In this document: positions 53,155-64,000 of the stretch, in pieces | Layout of the letters: each line of letters opens with the position of its first letter | How positions within the stretch are numbered: the first letter of the stretch is position 1 | Assembly (NCBI GenBank): GCA_013265495.1 | Contig: MU058423.1 | Coordinates: 6,176,939-6,240,938, forward strand | Direction of reading: 5' to 3' | Length of the DNA: 64,000 bases | Source of the DNA: Vicugna vicugna | Lineage: Eukaryota | Made by a program: the position numbers and the translations under genes | Notes under the pieces: model-generated | Told to the model about the DNA's origin: nothing | Database searches by the model: none | Seen by the model: only the letters and a program-made list of their open reading frames with translations

Positions 53155-54909
53155 TACAGCATCTTGTTTATTCATTCAACTGTTGATGAACACTTAGGTT
53201 GTTTCTGTGTCTTGACTATTGTAAATAGTACTGCTATGAACAGTAATCTGCATTTCTACTGATAGACTTTTTTAATACCTTCCATATTTTTCTTACCTCC
53301 TTTTTGAACTTGGGGGTCTCAGATTGGAAAGGTCTGCTTCATTGCTCTTTCAGGGGAATTCTCTTGATATTTCATTGGGAGTGGTTCCTCTGCTTTATTT
53401 TAGTTATATTCCTTTGACTCTATGAACTTAGGAGAAACTATTACTTATTATGGTCCTGAAGGGCTGTTTTTTTCTATAGGAGTGTTCCTTGACGCCTGCA
53501 TGATTCTAATAATTTTGGTGCAAGGTCTGCTTTAAGTATGGATGCCTGGCATGTCTTTCCTCCAGGTGTGCTGGCTGTTATCCCCTTGATGGGGGGTGTG
53601 ATTGGTGTTGTGGTCACCAGAGAGTGCAATGGATGTTGAGTAGGGCTTCCTTTTTACTCTGTGGTTGTTCAGCCCTGTCAGAGCAGGTTCTGCTCTCCAG
53701 TTGTTGGAGAAGAAGCCCCCAGAGCGAGTTCTAAGTGGCAGCATGAAGTAGGCAGGATTTGGAGTGCTGCTGCTGGCAGAAGAGCCACTGAGTATTCATC
53801 TGCAAGAGTTATCCATTGGGAAGTGTGCTCTGTGGTGATATTTGTTACTTGTTGTGCCTGCTTACAAACTAAAATGCTCTTGGCACTTCCTTCCATCCCT
53901 CCTCAGCCATTGGAATGCTGGGTATCAGCCAGATGTCCCTTAGGTGCTGTGCTCACAAAGTCCTAGCAGCAGATCTGCTGAAGTCCCACACTTGGATATG
54001 CCATAGTCATACAGCTGTGGGAGCTATGGGAGTCAGCCCTGACACCAGCTCCTCCTTCGTGTGTGTGCCCACAGAGCCTATGTTGCTAGTGCTGGACCTG
54101 TCCCAGTCACAGGAACACCAGTAATTGGCTCAGATCTCCCTTGGGACCTATGCTTACAAAGCTGCAGGTGGTGCACGTGTCAGTCTGTGGAAGTCACACA
54201 GCTGCTGGGCATCAGCTTAGATTTCAACCCTGCCTCTCAGTTAGGCAATCCTCTGGTATTTGCATGCTACCAGAGCTCAGAGACCGAGTCACACCCACTG
54301 TGAGCATTATGAGAACTAGGTTTCTATGGTGGAGCCCTGCCTCTACCTTTGCATATGTTAACAATGGAGCTTCTGTGGTAGAGCCCTGCTCAGACTTTCA
54401 CACACCCCACTCCAGCCCCTTCAGGCTGTCTCTATGCAGCCAATTCCAGTCCTCTCCCTGAGTCTGTCCCCTGAAGCCTGAGTTTCAGCACCCAGCCCCA
54501 GCAGATGTGCATCTCAGGTTGGGGAGTACAGTGAGGTGGCCAGGACAGTTTGTGCTGGTCTCTGTTCTGCCTGTGAAACCCAGCAGCTTCTCTCTCCTCT
54601 GAGCCTCCAACACTCCCTATGGGTCCCAGCTAATCTCCCAGCTGGAGAAGGCGGTTTCCAGGGTGAAGGAACCTTTCCTCTTTCACAGCTCCCTCCCAGG
54701 GCTACAGATTTCACCCTAATTCTTTATTTCCTTTCATCCATGTAACTTTCTTGCGGCTTTGGTTGTGTGAAATCACCTGCTATGCTCAGTAGGTATTCTG
54801 AGAGTAGGTATTCTGTGAGAATTGTTCTACACATGGATGTAATTTTGATATATCCATGGGAGGAGGTGAGCTCCATACCCTATTTCTGCTATCTTGATCT
54901 CTACCCTTA
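52639..54909 (-). mobile_element. LINE-1 with intact 5' and 3' termini but most of ORF1 and ORF2 deleted (about 2.27 kb)
   Basis: 5' end reads gatcaagatagcagaaatag on the minus strand, followed by a GC-richer 5' UTR. ORF1 N-terminus (..QRNHSQ..QENSPERA..DLSNL..FKKEV..SISRNADY) is joined at about 53242 to the ORF2 C-terminus and 3' UTR. TSD taaatctacttt (52627-52638 / 54910-54921). Confidence 0.92.
53091..53158. repeat. compound (TG)/(TA)/(CA) microsatellite within L1
   Basis: gtgtatatgtatgtgtgtgtgtatatatataatacacacacacacacaca... Confidence 0.9.
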
Positions 54910-56371
54910 TAAATCTACTTTATTTCCTTCTTGTACATCCATTCTGATATTTAGTTCATATAGATTTTCACTTTGGCTTTTTGGTTTGCTGTATCTATAA
55001 CTTTTATTGTAAATTATACAAAATTTTTTTAGAATTCTGTAGGCTACACTTTTTGACATAATACAATGTTTCATATTTATCTTCACAAATGAACTGTAGT
55101 TAACAGGGTACAAAAATGGATGATACCTGGAGTAGAAAACACTTCTTACATTTTATACAAAGTAGATTTTTTTTGTTTAATCTATTAATTAAAACAAGAA
55201 AGGATAGAAATTACGTGCATAGAAGAATGGAAAATTGGAAATTTGTAATAACAAGTAGAAATTGCTGCAAATTAGAAAAAGCATGTTTTGCATCATAAAA
55301 ATAATTTGGGATATTATTGTAATATCAGTTCTCTGAGATAAGAGACTTAAGTGGATAGTCAAGGAGGAAGATTATGAATAACCCTTATCAATGCTATCTT
55401 TGCTTAAAGAGTCAAAAACAAATTGCTATCATTGAGAATGGTAAGTAAAGGGTGGGGAGGTGTTAAATGAGAAAGAAAGCACTGGAGAAAATGACAAATC
55501 AATGCCATGGACAACATGGTTTACATATATAATAAAAACCATTCACATAATCCCATATACCAGTGCTAACAGGGAACCTATACTCATTTAGTCATTTAAT
55601 ATTTAGAACATTAACCAAGAAAAACATCTACTTTGTTATGAAAGAGAGCCACATCATTATTAGAATAATGGGGGAAAAAGCTTTAAGATGTTAGAAAGCC
55701 ACTGTGATTTTTATAACAAGCACTGTACTGTCACTCACATTATTTTATCATCATTTACATTGGGTAAAAGTTACAGATGAGATATTCTTCAGGATATATT
55801 GTCACAAGCCTAATGGCTTAAATTATACATTTTTCTAATAATATACAAATATGTCATATGCAAACATTTACATTAAGGAAGTCTGATTCCCCTCATTTTT
55901 AGAACGCTTCAGTTAGATAGTCCTAGAACTTCCTGGGACCGTTATTTCTAAGAGAAATCTATAAGAAGGGATCATAGTTGCTTTGAAAATCAAATGATAA
56001 TGTCCTAGAAAAGTAAAAATGTACAACTTAAAAGTGAGATGGATTTTAAAGGTCACATCTAAGGACTCTAAAAATATTTTTGTGCTGCTGCAATAGTGAT
56101 GTCCCAGTTTTTATGTAACTTCCACTTTAACAAGAAAGGTTCTCTCCATGAAGTTTACAGACATTTGACACTTGAGGCATTTGTAGACCTCAAGACCTGA
56201 TGACATTTTAAACAATTTTTTTCTCCATTGATGTTCATATTGTACAGATTTGTTTTCAAATTTCATCATTTTGACTACATTTTATAATTTTACACACAAC
56301 CATTCATATGATTTTATTTATATTTTTTACTGAATAAAACTGTTAGACACAGTTTGTATAAATACAACAGG

Positions 56372-57245
56372 ATTTCTGCTCCTGCAAGTGGAAGAATAGC
56401 TTAGCTGAGAACCACTTTCCCAGTGAGGATAACTAGAAAAGCTATATTTGAACAAAATATATCAAAATCCTCTAATTGAAGCTCAGAAGACAACAAAAAT
56501 GTGAGGTACCAAGATGGATAAAAAGAAGCCCAGACAATTTCTACCTTTTCCCTTGAGGCACTTCTCAATTCTAAAATAGGTGCTGAGAGGCAAAAACTGT
56601 GTCAGAGCTTTTTACAGTCTCATGGGCTGAGGCCAAAGAATTGGAGTTCTGTGTGTAATAAAGAGAGCAAAGAGGACCCCTAAGGCATTAGAAGAAATAG
56701 ACCTTCATGGTAAAGAGAAACTAGTAATAATGCAGTGATCAGCACACCCTCCAATCATCTCAATCCCTAACCGGTTAGTTTTCTGGACCTAATCTACCTC
56801 CAAAAAGTAAGAAGAGTAAATTCTTAGCTATGTTACATCGCTTCAGAAACTAAATCATCACAATGTTTTGAAAAACAATGTCTGGCATTTAACAAAGATA
56901 TATAAAAATAACAAGAATTGATAAGAAACAAATAGAAAAAGCAAATGATGGTGATGGGAGCAAAGGTTATCCAGATATTGGAGCTGTCATATATGAACTT
57001 TCAAATAAATGTGATTGATACATGGTTAAGAGTCTTAACTGAAAATGTGGAGGATGTCAGAAACAAACAACAATCAATGTAAATATTATAACTGGAATAC
57101 AAAAGCTAACATTAAGATGCAGGATGGTTTTAAATGACAGATTAGACAGATTAGACAAATCAGAGGAGGGGATGACTGAATTGCATTATGTCAGAAAACA
57201 TTCCAGAGTGAAGCACAAAAATAAAAGAATGAAACAACATGTCAA
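56372..57245 (+). mobile_element. ancient LINE-1 5' region / ORF1 fragment
   Basis: ccactttcccagtgaggataactagaaaagct; acagattagacaaatcagaggaggggatgactgaattg (ORF1 coiled-coil-like). Confidence 0.6.
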
Positions 57246-57249
57246 AAAT

Positions 57250-60200
57250 TTTCAATTCTGAAAGAATCAAAGGAACAGATTAGAATATCCAAGAACTGTC
57301 AAGAACTGTGGGGCAATATACAAAGTGAAATATTATTTTAAATGGAACCGGGAAAAGAAACAATGGAGTTGAAGGAATATTTAAAACAATAACAACTGAG
57401 AACTTCCCAATATTAATAATGTACAAGAAACTATAATCCCGGGAAACTCAGAAAATGCCAAGGAAGAAAAGTGCCAAGTATTAATAAACACAAAAACAAA
57501 TATAAGCCTAGTTACATCACCTTCAAATTGCAGAAAATCATAGAGAAAACAGAGGGGAAAAAGAAAACAAACACCTTACCTATAAATGAAGAGGATGAGA
57601 ATTACGTTGGACTTCTCATAAGAAACAATGTAACAGGCAAAGATAATTTTAAAAATTCAATTGCTTTGCCATATATCAGCAATAAAAAATTTGTATTTGA
57701 AATTAAACATATAAGAGCATTTCCAATAGGACTAAAAAATAAAATGATTAGGTATAAATCTGAAACACTATGTATAGACTCTATACCGCAGAAAGCTATA
57801 AAACTGATGAAAGAATTCAAAGATCTATTTATTCATTGGAAAACTCAGTATTGCTAAGATGTCAAATTCTTTCCAATTTGATCTCTAGATCAATACAATC
57901 CACTTAAAATCATAGCCATCTATTTTGTGGATACTGTCAATTTGATTCTAAAGTTTGTATAGAAAATGAATGACCCATAATAGCCAACAAAATACTGATG
58001 AGCAAAATTGGAAGACAGGTACTTTTTGATGTCAAGACTTAGAAAAAGACACAGTAATTGAGAAAGTGTGGTACTGGCCCAAGAACAGAAATATGTTATC
58101 AGTGGAAAAAAATAGAAAGCCCAGAAGTAGACCCATACACATATAATCACTTTTAAGACAAAAAAGAAAAAGTGATTCAGTGGAGAAAGAAGAGTCTTTT
58201 CAATAAGTGGTACTGGAAATTGGACATCCATATCCCAATTATATAATTTATATATTATATAATTATGTACAATTTATATAAAATTGTGATGAATTCTATG
58301 CAAAAATTATACCTATGAATTATTATAAAAAAGTATAACTTATTATTCATATAATTGTATATATAAAATTCTTTATGGATATAAAGTGAATCTAGCTTCA
58401 GGCCTTACAACTGTCACTAAAATTAACTCAAAATGAACAATAGATTTGAATGTAAATTTCAAAACTATACAAATTCTAGAAGGAAACAGGAGAAAATCTA
58501 TGACTAAGGGTTTGGCAATGGATTTTTAGGTCAACACAAAAACCTAACACATGAAAATACATTAGGTTGTACTTTATAAAAATTTAAAACTTCTGCATTC
58601 TGTGAAAGAGACTTAAGAAAATAGACCTTAAAACAGAAAATGAGAGAAAATATGTATAAAACATGTATCTGATGAAGTGCTTGGATCCAGGATACACAAA
58701 GAACTTTTCAGACTCTACAATAAGAAAGTAACAAATTTAAAAATTGACAAAATTTCTGAATGGAACACTTCACCAAGAGGATGTAAAGTTAGCAGATAAA
58801 CATATGAAAAGAGGCTCCAGATCATGTCATTAGAGAATTGAATGAGATGAGACAATGAGATGTCATACATACCTACTGGAATGACTCATACAAAAAAACA
58901 GGCTATGCCCAATATTGGTGAGACTATGGGGCTACCAGAGCTCTCATTCTTTACTAGTAGGATGGTAAAGTTGCACAACCACTTTGGAAAAGAGTTTTAC
59001 AGTTCTTGCAAGGCTAAACATAGTTTACCATATGATCCAGCAATTGTGCTGTGTATTTACTCAACTATTTTGAAGACTTACATCCACAGAAAAATGCAAA
59101 TATTTATTGCAGCTTTATTCATATCACTAAAATCCTGAATTAACTAAGAAGTCCTTCAATAGGTAAATGGATAAACAAACTGTGGCACAATCATACATTG
59201 GAATATTATTTAGCATTAAAAATGAGATACTAGGGACGAAACAACATGGATACTGTCAAATGCCTGTTGCTAAGTGAAAGGAACCAATCTGAAAAGTTAC
59301 ACACTATATGGCTCCAATTATATGAAATTCTGGAAAACAAGATAGTAGGGACCATAAAATGATCAGTCGTTACTAAGGGTTTGGGTTGGAGAGACATGGT
59401 TGAATTAGGTGAAGCATAAGGGATTTTTTTAGTATCTGTTTGATCTAGTTATTAGGGATATGTGACACTATGCATTTGTCAAAATCTATTGAACTTTATA
59501 GCAAAAAAATCAATGAACACAAATTTTAAACATATCATTTAGGAGATCTAATGATTCTAGCATGGGATGCAGAATGTGACAAAACAATATGACTGTACTG
59601 CAGATGTATGGAACAACCCCACAGAAGAAGGTTGAAGGAAAAGTAACTTTGGAAATGAATAGAGTTTGTAAGCCTAAAGTAAAAAAAAAAAAAAGTAAAC
59701 AAAAAAAACCAAAAAAAAACTATACATGGACACTATTAATCTAGTGAATAAAGTTGTTTCCCACAGGAGTTGGATTAAAATTCTAATAGTGCTATACATG
59801 TATACTGGAATGAAACAAATAATGGGATATGAGATGGAAGAAGTCAAGTTTCTCACTGTTGATGTTGGAAGTTACAGACAAGCAAAGGAAAGAGGGTAGA
59901 ATAATCCACTTAGTAACTGATTAGAGTCAGAGACATTGGTATGAATTCATGTTTAGCTTAATATAAATAACACACAGAAATATTTACAGATATATGTACA
60001 TGTGCAGGCTAACACACAGACACACGTGTGTGCAAGCACATGCATGCATTTGTGTATATCTGGTATACCTTAATTTGTCAGCTGAGAGGGCCTAGAAGAA
60101 ATGATGCCATGGTAATATACCAATACCTAAAACTTAGTTTCCAGTGTCATTTTCCAATAAAAAGAGCTTGAATTCATTGGAAAAGTGGCTGATTCTGCAG

Positions 60201-61160
60201 TGGAGACAGAAAGTATCATGAGCAGGGAACATCTTTGAGTGCCAGAAAGTAAGGGCATGCTAAAAACCAGACAAAAAGCAAACAACAAAACAATAGTGAG
60301 AGTATATTGAAGAGACAGGACAGCCACTGTAAGAAATCGCAGTAGCCAAAGCTAAGACGATGTTCATGAGTTGATACTGATATAAATAAATGAATAAAGA
60401 GAAGAGACAAATCTCCATGCAAAAGAATTCCAAGTAATTTATATGAATAGTATGCCTTCAGTGAGGTGGAGCATAATTCTCCACTCTTCAGACATGGGTT
60501 GTACCTAGTAACTTCCTTTCAAGGAGTATGATATGTAAAGGGGAAAAGTAACTGTGGAATGGGGAAACCTGACAAACACTACCTCACTCAGAGATGATAA
60601 GTCATGCTGTTAATATGTACATGATATGATGTGATGTGAATGGCTCTTTACCTCTTTGGCCTTACTCTAAAAAGTACATAATCCCATTCTAATAATGAGC
60701 AAATCATCGTATAGATTCCAGTTACGGGATGTTTCACAAAATACCTGGCAAGTACTTCTTGAAACTGTCAAGATCACGAAAAGGAAAGGAAATGGAAAAA
60801 GAAAAGAAGAGAAAAAATGAGGAAAAGAGAAAAAGAAAAAAGAAAAAGAAAAGAATAGAAGAGAGAAGAAAAACACATTCTTTAACTGCCCAGCTGAGAA
60901 GTCTAAATTTAGAGCATAATAACTATGTATTATGTGGTATCTTGGATGGGATCCTGGAACAGAAAAAGGCATTTAGTAAAAATAAAGGAAATATGAATAA
61001 GGTGTGATATTTAGTTAATAACCGTAATACATCAACATAGGTTCATTAATTGTACCAAATGTGCCATATTAATAATAAGGTGCTAAAAATAGGGCAAACT
61101 ATATTTAAGGCATATGGGAACCTGCTGTTCTAGCTTCACTATTATTAAGGAAGTTTGGTT
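57250..61160 (+). mobile_element. L1MC/L1MD-like LINE-1: ORF1 piece, ORF2 3' part and long 3' UTR
   Basis: ORF 58860-59138 (KLHNHFGKEF..KHSLPYDPAIVLCIY..LKTYIH..IFIAALF); long L1MC3-type 3' UTR (gaatgtgacaaaacaatatgactgtactgcagatgtatggaacaacc); internal AT-rich (58230-58385), A-rich (about 59680-59720) and GA-rich (60780-60875) tracts. Confidence 0.85.
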
Positions 61161-63604
61161 TATACAAATGTGATTCTCAGGAAGGAAATATACTTGAGTT
61201 CATTGGCAGTATGGTGATGCAGTTTAATTAGGCTACTTGTTTTGACTTATATGGGAAAGCCCTAAGAAATGTGTACAGAAAACATGAATGAGAATGCGCA
61301 ATGGATCTGAAGAGAGATTAAAGTATAGGAAGAAAATCCTGAAAATAAAAAATAAAATAAGAAAAACACCTTGTCTCAACTATCCCTAAAACATTCCTTC
61401 CATTATTTCCAGTTTACTGTCAGGAAATGGATCAAGTGACTACAGAAATTGAGAACATTTTGTAGTAGAAACTCTCCCTACCTTATAATAATGATGCCCT
61501 TGTACAGCCTTCTGCTGCAGATGCCTCAGTGTCCTTTCCTTTAAGCAAAAGCACCAAGCAAAATGTGGCCCTTTGCTTAGTTTAGTTAAATCCAATTTCT
61601 AGTGATGCCTAGAGCTTAAGCCAAACCATTTAAATACCCAAACGTCCCAAATGTGTGCATTCTTTTAAGGAAACCTGCTGGGGAAAATGTTTTCTCTTTA
61701 ATAACCATGCATCCTTTGTTGACTGCTAGACATTTACCAAAATAATTCCCAAACATCCAAGACTAAACAAAAAATAACTTATGAAGACTTACTCTTTGAA
61801 TATATTATAGCTCTACATATAGAGATGTCAACTAATTTATGAATGCAAGAACATCCTTTATATTTGGAATTGACGTCAATCAGACAGGCCAAGCGTTTTG
61901 CCCACACTCCTGATATCAACGTGACTCTCATCTGGGCCTGAGGTCACTTAACAAATGTTGCATCGAGTATGTTACATAAGCTAGGTTAGACCATGAAGGG
62001 CTTGTCCAGGTTTAAAAATTTTGAAAATAAACACATAAGCACAATTAAAGGGGGCTGGAATATTTGACTCTAGTTTGAGAACTCAAACAGAACACAAATA
62101 ATGCAAGATATATCCCTGGCAAAGATATATAGCAGTATGTATGCATTCAAAACTCACACGGGGTAAATATCTGTTTCATTAGGCAAAGTAGTGTGAAGCA
62201 AGTCTAGAATTATGCATATGCCATGAGGTTATAACATTTAACTACATTACATTATTTTTTCCTTTCAGTTAAAAGGATTCGGTTCATTATATTTGTTTTA
62301 ACGTTAAGTGGGTTAGTTTTAGTTTATAACATAATTCTCCTGGCAAACAATAAGGTAAAAAAATAAGGTGCAGGATTTAACTTGATCATCTTATATATGG
62401 TAAATCCAACTGGCCTCTAAAAAGCTTCCTCAGTCCAAGTGATCTTTCTATATGCACTTGCCCAGTTATTTGTGTTGTTTCTAATCACTTGGCATTTTTC
62501 ATTTTGCAGTCTCTTACATGAAAATTGAGAAGATGGGGAGTTTTTACTAAAAGTCTTAGAAATATAGCATAAAATAAAATAAAAATGATAGAACTCTATC
62601 ACAAATTTTCTTTGATGATTCTATTATCTGTGGGACTTCATTTGCTTTCAGGAGATGATATGTGATCAAGACACTAAATATATTCAGGTTATTATAGGAA
62701 ACTTCCGATATTCAATGGACTGTCCAGAATACAGATTATTAATACTGCTAAATTATGTGTCCAATTTGCTCTGTTAAATATACTGAAGAGTAAGTAAAAT
62801 AAAATCAGGGATATTCTAATGTTGCCATTGTTAGTTACATGAAGCATTTTTCACATATGGACATTTTATCATATCATTATTGATACCAGCATATAATCAT
62901 TGAAACCTCAAAGTAGTCCCATTTTAAGGGTGTTTATCTCATAAACGAGCTTCATTGCATGGATCTAGATAAATAAAATGTTCTCTGAAACTCATTTTGT
63001 TCAACTATATACTTTTTTCCCCTAAACATCATTTTGTATCTGCATTCATGCATAGCAAAACAATCCCATGAATGTTTTGATTTCTATTCCAAACCTGCAG
63101 CTGAAGAACGTTTCTAAAAATGATGCATATAAAACATTTCCTCAAAACTGATGTTAACAGAAAAGACATTAAAGGTCGCCTCTACAAATGAGGACTGGTA
63201 TTGATTTTCATAAATAGAGTTCTACTGTGCTTTTCATGTGTTCAGTCATTACCCAGAGTATTTGGATTATACAGCTTTTATGATTCTTCCAGCACATATA
63301 GTCTGATTTAATTTTAGCATTCTCATTGATTTCAAGGGGTGTCAGAGAGGTCAGAAGGGTGAACTGGGTTGACAGAGTTCAACATATGGCATCCAATTAG
63401 AGACACAAGAGAATGTCAGTACATTCTCTCTTACTCATATTAAAAAAAGAAATCTAATGTTGTTTATTCTTGAGAGAAGACTACACCTAACTTCCACTGA
63501 AAGGCATTTATGGAATACCTCTTTTTAGCATATTTTATCATAGTAGATTTACAAGAGTTATGTAAATGCTTAAAATTATTTTTAAATAATAATACTTTTA
63601 GTGA

Positions 63605-63735
63605 CAAGAATACTGGATTTAGCACCAGACAGTACAATTTACCATCTATATGGTAAACTAGGATAATTTACTTAACCTTTTGGAGCCCAGATTTATCATT
63701 GGTAAAATGAAACTGACAATCTATGTCATCAAGTT
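63605..63735 (+). mobile_element. MIR SINE fragment
   Basis: ggataatttacttaacctttttggagcccagatttatcattggtaaaatga-like core. Confidence 0.7.
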
Positions 63736-64000
63736 TGTATTAGTTTCCTGGAGCTTCCATAACAAAGTACCAAAAACTGGATTGCTTGAAACAACACACT
63801 TTTTTTTTTAAATCTCACAGTTCTAGAAGCTAGAAGTATGAAATCAAGGTGTCAGCAGTGTCATTCTTCCTCTGAAACAATTTGAGAATTCTTCCTGGCC
63901 TTTCTCCAGGCTTCTGATGGTTTGCCAGCAATCCTTGCTGTTCCTTGGCTTGTGGCTACATCACTCCAGTCTCTACCTCTGTTGTCATGTATTCTCCCTG
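63736..64000 (-). repeat. MLT1-family (MaLR) LTR, runs off the window
   Basis: tgtattagtttcctggagcttccataacaaagtaccaaaaactggattgcttgaaacaaca...ctcacagttctagaagctagaagtatgaaatcaaggtgtcagcag. Confidence 0.92.

Noticed and set aside
53532..54745. Cluster of overlapping ORFs in GC-richer DNA suggesting a gene or CpG island
   Set aside because: It is the L1 5' UTR; higher GC lowers stop frequency and CpGs are largely decayed
60667..61007. Phe-rich and Lys/Glu-rich ORFs
   Set aside because: Translations of a GA-rich low-complexity tract in an L1 3' UTR

Overview
AT-rich, CpG-depleted placental-mammal genomic DNA that is intergenic or deep intronic. I find no supportable host protein-coding exon, RNA gene or prokaryote-type system, and every recognisable ORF in the track is a fragment of a decayed retroelement. 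Roughly half of the window is transposable-element debris. It includes (i) several LINE-1 copies, three of them relatively young with cetartiodactyl-type 3' ends that look camelid-like to me and with identifiable target-site duplications (TSDs); (ii) a two-LTR ERV-L provirus (MLT2-type LTRs, gag-pro-pol-dUTPase remnants, 23.6-30.0 kb) carrying a nested solo LTR, an RT deletion and a 44-bp micro-inversion in gag; (iii) two ERV3-16A3/ERVL-type internal fragments and LTR16-like LTRs; (iv) an MLT1 LTR; (v) many L2 and MIR relics; (vi) MER5A and a Tigger/MER2-type MITE with a near-perfect hairpin. A few unique stretches (about 11.7-12.0, 18.1, 47.7-48.2 and 61.9 kb) look like candidate regulatory elements. 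Family names come from my recall of consensus sequences, not from a database search, and boundaries of old repeats are approximate. I see no evidence of a new biological system; the best leads are unusual rearrangements of mobile elements and candidate conserved non-coding elements.
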